Shown: in pieces, positions 53,959-64,000 of the stretch
Position numbering within the stretch: the stretch's first letter is position 1
Layout of the letters: the number at the start of each line of letters is the position of its first letter
DNA from: Calcarisporiella thermophila CBS 279.70
Taxonomy: Eukaryota > Fungi > Calcarisporiellomycota
DNA: 64,000 nucleotides
NCBI RefSeq assembly: GCF_041956535.1
Contig: NW_027192203.1
Coordinates: 124,001-188,000 of the forward strand
Reading direction: 5' to 3'
Made by a program: the position numbers and the translations under genes
Notes under the pieces: generated by a model
Told to the model about the DNA's origin: nothing
What the model saw: the letters and a program-made list of their open reading frames with translations, nothing else
Database searches by the model: none

Positions 53959-55690
53959 CTACTCCTCGCGCCTTCCCTCGACCTTCGACGTGGCAAGGGC
54001 CGGATCAATTGGGAAATGATGGCAAAAGAGGTTGTTTGGGTCGTATTTACGCTTCAGCTCCCTCAGCCGGCCCCAGCTCTTACCATACACATCGCGCGGG
54101 TCCTCAAATCCGCTCGTGCAGTTGCAGGTGAGCGTCGCCTCCTCCTCATGGCCTTCAAGGAGGGTGCGCCGAATCTCGAGCAAGCGTGCTACGATGGCCT
54201 CGTCATGGGTGGACGACTTCCACCACGCAAACATCGCGATGAGATTGGAAAGATCCTCGCTGGGGAAGCATGCTCCCGCATGGTCAGTCGCCTTCGGGAT
54301 CGTGTCCGGGGCCGGGAACAACTCCATAAAAATGAACGAAGTGTTTTTGGCCTCGGGGAACGTGTCCCCAAATGCGACCAGCTTCTCGAGCGCTCGATGG
54401 ATGTTCTCTGAGTCGATGTGGGGATACAGATCCCCCGTCCCGAGTTTCCGCTCCCCAAAATGACAGAATTTGTCTATCAAGGAGGAAAAAGAGAAAGTCA
54501 TTGGCAACTCAAGGGCCGGGAAAATGCCGGTGCATCCCACCAAAGGAATCACATACCACAAAGGGCGATATGGTCAGTATAGCTCATCATATGGGCCTCA
54601 TTCACGACGGGCCCAAGCTCTAATAGCGGCCGGAAGAGCACCTTGGCCTCCGTCTCCGACCCCTCATAGTACGGACGCACAATGATCATCAGCTTGTCCT
54701 CGGGTGGTGCGCGCATCATGAACAGCTGGCACGAGAAGGGGGCTGGACGCTCCATCTCCTTCAGTACGGTGAGGATCTGGTCCAACTTCTCGGCGGGGAA
54801 GACCACGTCCCCGTAATAGACCTGCTCGGCCCGGGGGAGGTGGGCCCGAAGCTTGAGCTTGGTCACCACCCCAAAATTGTGGCCGGCGCCACGCAACGCC
54901 CAGAGGAGGTCGGCGTGCTCGTTGTCCGGGGTGGCGGTGAGGACTTGCCCATCCGCCGTGACGACCTCAGCCTCGAGGATGGAGTTGCTCCCGAGCCCAA
55001 ACTGGCCTAGGCGGCGAGACAACCCTCCGCCCAGGTAGAAGCCCATGCCATTCTTGCCGGCACTGGAGGTCACTTCAACCGTCGGCAAAGGGTTGGAGCA
55101 ATAGGAAAAGCAACAATAGAAATACAGTTTTAATTCGAGTGCCAACTCGTCTTGTGCCCCTCACGTTTGCACCTACCCACTGCAAGCCCATGCTTTTCCG
55201 CCTCCCGAGCAATCTCCTCCGACACAACCCCACCCTCCACCGCCACCGTCCTATTTTCGGGATCGACGTGGATATCTCGCATCAGCGACATGTTGATGAC
55301 CAACCCGTCGTCCACCGTGTTGGAGGGGAACCAGCACGTCCCCCCGCTATACACCGAGAACGGCACCTGATTCTGCTCCACAAATTTCACCTATTTCCCC
55401 CCCGCCCGAGAAAATAAACGAGAAACGAAGGTTGGCTCCCCGCGCTTGAGAAATAATGGGGATATGGAACTTACCGTCTCCACCACGTCATCGGTGCTGG
55501 CTGGCCAGACGACGGCTTGTGGAGTTCTGTGCGCGTAGTCGCTATAGTTCTGGATGGCGGACGCGGCCTCATCACCGGTAACTAGCTTGGCATTGGACGA
55601 GAGCGAGGAGCGTAGCGTGCTCCAGTCCAAGTTCTTTCGGGTGAGATGCCTGAGGACGGGTTGAACTAGGGTGGTTTTGAGAGTTTCCAT
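53959..55690 (-). CDS. FAD-linked oxidoreductase, berberine-bridge-enzyme/VAO family; 3 exons
   Basis: 'PQAVVWPASTDDV', 'GLVINMSLM', 'LGGG...GLGSNSILEAEVVTADG', 'DLLWALRGAGHNFGVVT', C-terminal BBE 'YG..WGRLRELKRKYDPNNLF'. Confidence 0.9.
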
Positions 55691-56405
55691 GGTGAGAAGA
55701 GAAGATGCGTCAGAAGTGTGGGAACGCAAGCGAGGGAGGTAGCTAAGGGGGGACCCTCCTATATATCACGTCGAGGAAGTTTGGACACTAAAAATAAAAA
55801 TTCCGGTGGCCAATCTGTGGCGACCAATAGGCGGATTCAAACCCGAGTTATGCGACATTCGAGTCGGCTGCAGAAACGGCCGTTGTGTAGGTGAGGAAGG
55901 TGGGAAAAATGGCGTAAATGCCAGCAAAGACGCCCTCGGTGCCTTGGCTTATGCCCCCTCTACATAGGAGCGGTGGAAAGGGGTGGGACGACTGGGCCCG
56001 ACCGAAATCGACCAATATCAGGGCGAAATGTTAACATGAATAATGCCACTCTTTTATTCAAATGATTTGAAATATCAAACAAACATGTAAAACAAGCCGA
56101 TGCAACGTGTCGAAAAAAAAAAACAAAAAACTAAGAGGGCGCAATATTGCTCTCTCCCCCAAATACACTCCATTAAGCCTACCTCGTATAGCCCCCTTTG
56201 GGAGCCTCGCTCTATCCTCCCTCTTGAGCTGAAACGAGGAGCGTGGAGAAAAAACAAGTCATTAAAGTAATGTCATTCTCTAAACGAGTTGAAAAATAAG
56301 TAGAATAATAAAGCAACGTAGAAGGGGGGGGGGGACGGGGGCGGGACGCCAGGAGCCAAAAAGGAGGGCCGCTTCCCCATGCATGAATCCATTATTAACA
56401 AGCTT

Positions 56406-57703
56406 TCAGTGGTCGGATTCACACTGCCTAACCATACTTCGGGGCCTGCTCCTCTCCTCCACCGCCAGGTACTCGCTCGACGACTCGAAGCTTTCCGGCT
56501 GCGCTCGGCTGAATTCGTCGCAGGTAAGGGACTGAGGATTGGTCGGGAACCGCATATGCAGGGTGTGGAGCGAGGAGCGTGGGGTGGAGAGCGTGATGTT
56601 GCCCTCGGTGGTGCCGGGAACCATCAGCATTTGGCGGAAAAACTCCTGCTGCTGGAAGAACCGTGCGCGTTTGGCGTGGATAATGCGACGGTGGTGGCGG
56701 TGCAGAAGCCACAGGAGAAGCAGCGTAAACAGAACAAAGATGAACACACCAATCGAAATCATGACGTATATCCAGGGAGGAGCCTATTTAAAGGAGGGGT
56801 GTATCAGGATTGGATTATTCTCAAGGAAGATGCAAATAGAGTCTAATGGGGGAGAGATGGAGATACCCATCCCCTCCCTCATCCATTTCTCATCAGCTAA
56901 TCCCCCTTTTCTTACCTTTCGATAGGAGTCCGGTGGATCGTCGCATACATTTCTGTCATTGCACGACTCGGAAACACACTCCCGATCCTGGTCGCATGCC
57001 CATCCATTCGGCCTTGCGTTCACGCACCTCAGCGTGTTGAGGTCGCAGAACGTGCCGTGAGAGCAGTCGTCGCGGATGATGGTCTGTATGATGCTCTGCT
57101 CCCCATTGTAGCTGGCACGACGGTATTCGGTCCGATCGACCACACACGGTTGCCCCAGGGTGCGTATCTTGAGCTCGCATTTGGAATTGAGGCAGATGCT
57201 TGCGCGACCGGCACACTCGTCATCACGCGACGGTTCGCAACTGAAATTGTATGGGCGAAGCGTCATGCAACGGAGGTTGTTGTCTGGGCAATAGGTCGTA
57301 TTGGTCTGGCACCGGACCGGAAGAGGGACGGCTGGATTCCAGCCGGGATGGTAGTCGGAGTTACTAATACCATGAAGGAGCCATTGAATGTGAGTCTTGG
57401 GCAGGAGAGGGATGGCCCACGCCTTGCATGCTAACCATCCCCAGGAAGCAAGCATGGAGTGGAGAGCATTGGAAATTACCTGCACCCTTTGTATACACAG
57501 GTCTTGTTCTCGGGATTGCATGCCAGCATGACGCTGTCGCAATCGTCCTGGTACCGTAATGTCACGCTATAAACGGGGGTTGGATCGCAACGTTCGCCCC
57601 ATGCCTTTGCATAGACGGTCACCAGCGAGAAGACGCCAATCAGCAAGGAGAGCGCCGCTTTTGCAGCGGGCGTGAGGGGTTTTCTTAGTCGCCGCCTTCC
57701 CAT
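56406..57703 (-). CDS. Cys-rich single-pass membrane protein of unknown function; 3 exons
   Basis: N-terminal signal/anchor, many spaced Cys ('CEPSRDDECAG..SICLNSKC', 'CDQDRECVSESC'), TM 'ISIGVFIFVLFTLLLLWLL' followed by basic 'HRHHRR'. Confidence 0.8.
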
Positions 57704-58416
57704 GGCCTCTAGGTTGATCCAATTCACAACAATGGAGGAGAGCCCCAGGAGCGGTAACTATTTTAATTTTGATAAAAGCGGAAGGTGGAACAGCGATTTT
57801 CCTATGGCTTAGAGGTTGAAACAAGTGGTTGTCGAATGGGAGACCTGATTTCAACCCACTCTGCTGGTGGCCCCTATGGCAGCCCCAAGTTGGCTGATGA
57901 CGCAGTTTGACCGATGCAGGATGCCATAGCCTCTACCCAGCAGCCCGACGATTGCGGTCGAGAATGCTGCTGCTGCTGCTTAGTCGATGCTGCATGAGGC
58001 AGGTGGGGACCTTCTACTCCTTGCCGATCTAGCAGTCCCACATGGCCTCCTTAAAGCAACGGAAGCGTGTTTTCTTAAATAACATGGAGAATGCGGCGCC
58101 ATTTTTGGTTAGCAATGAATTTATTCTTAAAAGGATATCAATAAAAACACCGCCTAATGATATAAAAAGAAACAAAAGAAGCAATCGAATTGAACCACCG
58201 TAAGTGGAAAGCAGATACAAGATGCCAAGGAAAATTAATACGTGACCAACAGAGGGTTAGTATAGAGAATGAAAAATTGCAAGTAAATCAACACATGGGT
58301 AAGAACATAGACGCTCCGAGGGATATAATATATACATATCGTACAGATCAGTATGCGTACAAACAGGTCATTCATTTTTTTTCTTTGGTTTTTCTGGTTT
58401 TCATAAGTAGAGGATA

Positions 58417-58821
58417 TCATTTCGCGCTAAACCATGGCCGCGGGTTTTTATCCTTGGTCTTGTCTTTTGGCTTTTCTTCCGGAGGGGGTGATTGCACCGG
58501 AATGGGCTGGGGGGGCCCATGCGGTTGTGCGTAGAAGTTGAAAAGGTACTGGACGGGAGGCTGTGAGGGTGAGGCCGCTGGCGGCTGTGCCGGTTTTTGG
58601 GCAGCTGGGTCGGAAGCCGCGGCGGATTTGGGCTCCTTTTGTTGTGGGACTTGAAGGAAGTAGCCCTGTTTTGCAAGAGTAGAGTAGCCAGGGGATGTAA
58701 TCATCGAAATGTGCAGGACCGGCTTGTCTTTGTGCTCGGTCTTGATGTGGTCCACCAACGTCTCCGGCACGACGAAGGCATTGTTGCAGTAGGGGCAGGG
58801 AAGGGAGAGGACTTCACCCAT
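58417..58821 (-). CDS. Small single C2H2 zinc-finger protein (134 aa) with Pro/Gln-rich and basic tail
   Basis: 'CPYCNNAF.VPETLVDHIKTEH' matches C-x2-C-x12-H-x4-H; intronless ORF preceded by a pyrimidine-rich leader. Confidence 0.75.
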   Translation of the reverse strand: MGEVLSLPCPYCNNAFVVPETLVDHIKTEHKDKPVLHISMITSPGYSTLAKQGYFLQVPQQKEPKSAAASDPAAQKPAQPPAASPSQPPVQYLFNFYAQPHGPPQPIPVQSPPPEEKPKDKTKDKNPRPWFSAK

Positions 58822-61800
58822 TGTATGAAGTTAATGTAGCAACAGCCAAGTAGAGTAAATGGGATGTAAGTGGCAAACAATGAGAAATAAGAGCCCTGGA
58901 GGGATGAGGCGATTGAGGTAGGTAAGAAAAGGAGAAGAGGTGGATAAGAAAATAGTGCGGGAGGGGAGAAAAAGAAAAGGCGAGAGGAAAAGAGGAGGGC
59001 TTATATATTCGTGGAGTATAGCCACAGGAATAAAAAACAAGCTTTCTCCTAGCAACACAAGGATGGGCTGAGATTGGAAAAGAGAAATAAAGAACAAAAC
59101 CTAATGCAAAGGAGAGAGATAACCGGATGGGGGCGTGATCTCTCTCTCATCCTTGCCCCTGCCCTTCATTGCCAGAGGCAATTCCTATTCTCTGGAGTCA
59201 ATTGCGCTTGCTCCCTTCCCGTCGCTCGCCCGGATCCATGGTGGTCGCCAAAGAGCACGATGCAGAGTGCAACACTTTTCTCCTTATTAAGCAATGTGTG
59301 ACAGCTCATGAATACATACTACTTGAGCTCTCGGTCATGGTGTCATAGCATTGCACGGCTAGGCAAGCGAATACAAACCTTGTAGCCATGAGCTCTATTC
59401 TCCGTGAAGGTCCCTTAAGCTCCCCCTCCATCCATTGGCCAAGCTCGCACACACGCCCCTTATTAGAATTATCTTTAATATGGCCGATTTACGTGGCATT
59501 CTTCAAAGTTGGCTCTGGAGAAATAGCACCTCAGCTTGGCATCGGGAGGCTACTTTCCGCTCGCCAAGAACAGCCCGACTCGAAGTTTAGTGTGGGAGGG
59601 CTGAGAAGGGAGGAGAGGTGATGTATATCAGCAAACAGCCACACCCATTAGCACCTAAGCCGGGCATGTTGTGCCGGGCCTGGCACAAGGGATTTGGATA
59701 TTTGTGGCCCATGATGATCGTAGATAAGGAGCGCATGCAATGGGCATTTCGGTGTTGCAAGCGGGTTGGTGATACATAATTCGAAGAGGGGGGCATTCTC
59801 GAAAAATACTTGTGATTGAGTATTAGCATCAATAAGTCATCACAAAATTGACATATATGGATTCCCCAGAAGCTTAACTTTCTCCCTTCTCCTCACCTAC
59901 CGAAACCACGCGCCCTGGTTTTTGATTCGGGGGGGAGAGCGAGCCCGAGCTCTCCAGGAAGCGCTCCAGACCCGACCATGATCGGAGGGGCATTGAAAGG
60001 GGTCAGTGAAGCCTCGTGCCAAGACGGATCTAAGGAGGCGTCCTGGAGACGGAGAGTGAAGCAGAGATGGTGTTTCGTGTGCCTCTCCAAGTATGTGGGC
60101 CTCCACAAGCATCAATCATGGAAACTGCCAATACCTCTTTCCCTCCCATCAGGCAAAGAAGGCAGCCACTTATTTCTATATTAATAAATTCGGGGGTCAG
60201 GCGCTCTTGGCTTCATATAGTTCCGAGCAGATAAGGCAATTGTGCCCTCCAGGCGAGGAAAATCTTCTCACGAGTGCGCCCAGCTTAGATTGGTCTGACC
60301 AAAAACTTGGGCAAGACCTCCTATGAACCCGATCTTCGCGAGTCTTCCCGCCCCTCCCCTCTCTTGTGGCTTTATGGTCCAACGCAGCTTATGCAAGCCT
60401 AGCGAAAGCCTTCTATCTGAATTCTATTTCGCCGTGGAGCAGTCGACCCCCGCCTTTCTCTCTCTGGCAATTCCGGGATTCCATTGGTGTGGACACATGG
60501 AGCCTCTCCTCTGGCTGAGTATGCACCAAGGAAACTGGAAACGAAACCAGTATAAATTTAATTTTAGGGAGACTCCTCGGCCCCTTCTGCCCAACCGTAA
60601 ACATGGTTGATGCGTGAATCCAACCATAGCTCGGTGCGAGTTTACACTTTTAGCACAGCTGCCGTTTGTCTGCAAGTGTCAGTTCGCGTTTCCGTGGAGG
60701 CAGAGAGGGGTATCGATTGTGGCGGGAAAGGGGATGTAAAGGGCCATTTCCAACAGAATCTCTTTGAGAGGAATGCCGTTTTGAACAAGTTATCTCCATT
60801 AACAACGAGAAAAGAGAAACCCAACAGCATATAATCCCCGCAATCTTGAGGAAACTAGAATTACCTATGGAAACCGGTTGAGAAATTGCAAATAGAAGGT
60901 TTTTGCCATACAAAATATCGAGCCATTGAGGTACAAGCTGTCAAAGGAAGTAAAATACTCCATCTCCGTGCAATGCCGATGTAGGCATCTTGCTTGATAA
61001 TTTATTTGGTCGACTCGTTTTTCATGGACCGTCCTACCGTCCTTGATGGAAGAATCAGTGCTTCTATCCATCCTCCTCTTCTCCTTCGCGTTAAATTCGG
61101 CCCTTCTTCTTTCGCCGAGCAAGAAAAAAAATGGCGACAGCATTTACTAAAGAACCGGATTCATCGATTGGGGAATCTCCGCTCTCAACATGCAATTCAA
61201 ATATCCTTGTCTGCAAGATGCTTTGTGTTTTTCAAACCTTACACATGGGGAAATCTCAAGGAAAACCTCCCCTTGTCATTACTTAACTTAAATTGGGTAA
61301 TCCGCCAACGTTTTCATAAATATTGGTCTACAATCGAAAGGTAAAAAAAAATCAAGTTTGGGGGTTGTTCTAGTGCCTCTTTTTTCCCCTCCTTCAATAT
61401 AAAATCCAAAGGCTGGAGCGATCAAACTGTCCCTTTCTTATTCTTCTTTGATATCGACGCTAGCCTACCATCCTATGGCTTCTATCTTCCCAAACCCTAG
61501 AAACCATCGCTCCTCTATGGGTCCGCCTCATCCTACGCGTCCAAATACACCAGTCAAGCCTGGACGCCGAGGTGTCTGTCTCACCTTACACCTTATGCAA
61601 GGGAGGTCTTGCTCACTTCGTGATTCTTAGCTGGCGCCATTATGTTCTCAATTCAATAATATGCATTAAAAAGGTTTTTCTCCTCGAGCTCTGCCTTTCA
61701 ATTCCCAGCAAAATTAAACATTCCTGGATAATGTGTCTACCGCTACCAACTGTTTTTTTTCTTATCATCTTGCTTGTTTATCTTTTATGCATTTTTTTAT

Positions 61801-61990
61801 TTATAATGACCTAGATAGATTTGTCATTATCCATTGCTCTCATGTCCATTCCTCTACTGCTCTCTTTTTCTCCATGGTGGTTTAGTTCTCCAAAATATTT
61901 AATATTAAAGTAAATACTGCGCCACTTTCCCTGCTCTACTGTTCATATTTTCGAAATTGGCCTATTTAGCAAAAGTTCACGAAGATAAAG

Positions 61991-63469
61991 ATGAAGGATG
62001 CACCCATTGCAAGTGTCCGGCTCGGATTTGCAGAACCTCCCGAAGAGCCGTTGACGCCCGATACATTCCCAAGCAAGATAGGAGGGAAGCCGGTAAGGAT
62101 GGGTTTTCCCTTTCAATGCTCTTCTCTTTTTCATTCAGAGGAAGCAGCATCTGCTTTAACGGGTGTCTAATGCCCTATGCATTTTTCTAGGCATGGCTCA
62201 ACCCTGAACATGTCTTGGAGGTTGACCGAGTGCGGTGTGGTGTCTGTGACAAGCCTATGTCTTTTCTGCTTCAGGTGTGTGCTTGGCCTCCTGCTTCCTG
62301 GACTTGATAAGTTTTTTTTTTGACCTTTGAGTTCTCCTGCATATATATTCGGCTTTAGCTATATACCCCAGAAGACGAGCCTGCTGAAGCATATCACCGC
62401 ATGGTCTACATGTTCTGCTGCCGTAACGGAGCTTGTCTAAAGAAAGAATGGCAGAAATGGTGAGCATATAGGCTTCAGCCCCTACTTCCATTAGGATTCT
62501 CTTAACTCTGGTGGGGGGTGGCTCCCCGCTTTGTCTTTGTTCAGTGTCAAAGTGTTCCGCAGCCAGCTGCCAAGATTAAACCCTTACTGGTCCGACAACG
62601 AATCCTCTTCTTCTAACGCCCGTTCGTCTGAGGACAGCGAGGATGACGTGGATGAGGAGGAGGAAGAGGAGTGCAAGCCGCGGCGCCGCGCAAAATTCTC
62701 CAACCCAGCCAAAACGTGTGTTGTTTGTGGGCTACGGGGAGGTAAAACCTGCTCAAAATGCCACACCGCATCGTATTGCTCACGGGATCACCAGCTGTAC
62801 CACTGGTCGACCGCAATGCACCGCCAGCTATGCGGGAAGAGCGAGGGGGAGATGCTCGAGCGTGAGAGGGCGTTGGAGGAGAAGCTGTTGGCCAAAAGCA
62901 CATTTCCCGAGTTCGAGATCGTGGACGAGGAGGAGGATTCCAACCGCAAGCTGGACGAATACGGCAATCTAGTCCAAGAGCTCGATGGCGTCCAGATCAC
63001 CGAAGAGGCGAACGCGGATGAAGCAGGCGAAGGGGAGTCAAAGGCACTGGTGCCCGTGGGCGACGAAGCGTACGAGGAGACCGAGGTTGATGTCGACAAG
63101 GCCTTCTTAAAGTTCCAGAAGCGAATCCAGACCTACCCTGACCAAATCCTGCGCTATGCCCGCGTTGAATACCAACTCCCTCTCCCGGACCCATTATGGG
63201 CCAGTGATTCTGGGCGGCCTGATATCGAGCGGGATATCGGCCGATGCGCGCACTGCGGCGGCGAGCGCACCTTTGAATTCCAAGTCATGCCGCAGCTGTT
63301 GACTTTCCTGGGCATTGACCACTCGCACACCGATGCCCTCGACTTTGGAACCCTCATCGTGTACTCATGCAAGGATAACTGCCACGCCCCCCATCAGCCC
63401 CTAGTGGAGGAGGCGGTATGGCTACAAAACTTCAGTGAAGATGGCATGAAGCTTGGCAAAGATGCATAG
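61991..63469 (+). CDS. PDCD2: PDCD2 / Zfrp8 (Tsr4-related uS5 chaperone) with MYND finger; 4 exons
   Basis: 'FPSKIGGKP|AWL', 'FLLQ|LYTP...HRMVYMFCC', MYND 'CVVCG..GGKTCSKC...YCSRDHQ..HW..H..LC', 'PDQILRY', 'FEFQVMPQLL', 'DFGTLIVYSC'. Confidence 0.93.
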
Positions 63470-64000
63470 CACCACTTTATCTCCTGTTTATTTTCTGTTC
63501 TTCTATTCTAATCTATTCTATTTTCCTTGGGGAGGGGTCGCTTCCGGGTGGATTTTTCTTTGTTAAAGACATTCTATATCAGCAAATAGCATTCTTCTTG
63601 GATATCCATTGGAATTGCAAAAAGAAAACAACAGAAAAATAAAAAAGGCGAAATTGTCCGTCAGAATAAGAGAAAGATAAATGAATAACAGTGAGATATG
63701 CTTGTGGGAATCACAACAGAGGTAACAAGCTTGGGAAAAAATAATTTAAATACGGCGATGGCATGCATCGGTATATTACATAATCTTTCCCTGATTCCGG
63801 TGTTATATATTAGATATTAATATGTGCGTGTATGTGAGTGCGGGTGTAGACAAGTGTATGCGTACGCATGAAGTGGAGATATCCTAATTTGAAATTAAAT
63901 ATGGCGTAGGGGCATTTAGAGGAGGATGTCTACTGCGTGTTCGTGCGCGATCTCCCCTCCTTCTTCCGCTGTATGTTCCTCGTCCTCACCTCTTTGCGCA

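Overview
This is a gene-dense, intron-rich eukaryotic window, most likely from an early-diverging (non-Dikarya) fungus. The lineage is inferred from short GT-AG introns with CTRAC/CTAAC branch points and from the presence of C12orf4/FERRY3, a MYND-containing PDCD2, a cold-shock-domain protein and an FLVCR-type MFS transporter. About 27 spliced protein-coding genes can be reconstructed by hand: two paralogous RasGEFs, a DYRK/Pom1-type kinase, NDUFA5, an epoxide hydrolase, calcineurin A, GGPP synthase, zeta-crystallin, Vps60, U1A/U2B'', a RhoGEF, a CCR4/Angel-like EEP nuclease, Vps54, C12orf4, Vps1, IMPase, a PB1-UBA protein, a CSD protein, an MFS transporter, a NIPA transporter, a PPR protein, a UBZ4/MgsA-C-like protein, a BBE-like flavoprotein, a Cys-rich membrane protein, a C2H2 protein, PDCD2 and one hypothetical gene. 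There is one 325-N gap. No rRNA, tRNA, CRISPR array or transposon was recognised. The strongest leads are: (1) a p62/SQSTM1-like PB1-LIR-UBA protein without ZZ/FW domains; (2) a tight same-strand Vps54-FERRY3-Vps1 endosomal-trafficking gene block; (3) an ATPase-less UBZ4 + MgsA-C-like protein with clustered G1/S (MCB/SCB/E2F-like) promoter elements; (4) a U1A-binding heptamer in the U1A gene's own 3' UTR; (5) an 8-exon CSD gene with a GC-AG intron and a prion-like tail. All family assignments come from motif recognition, not database searches. Exon boundaries were read by eye.
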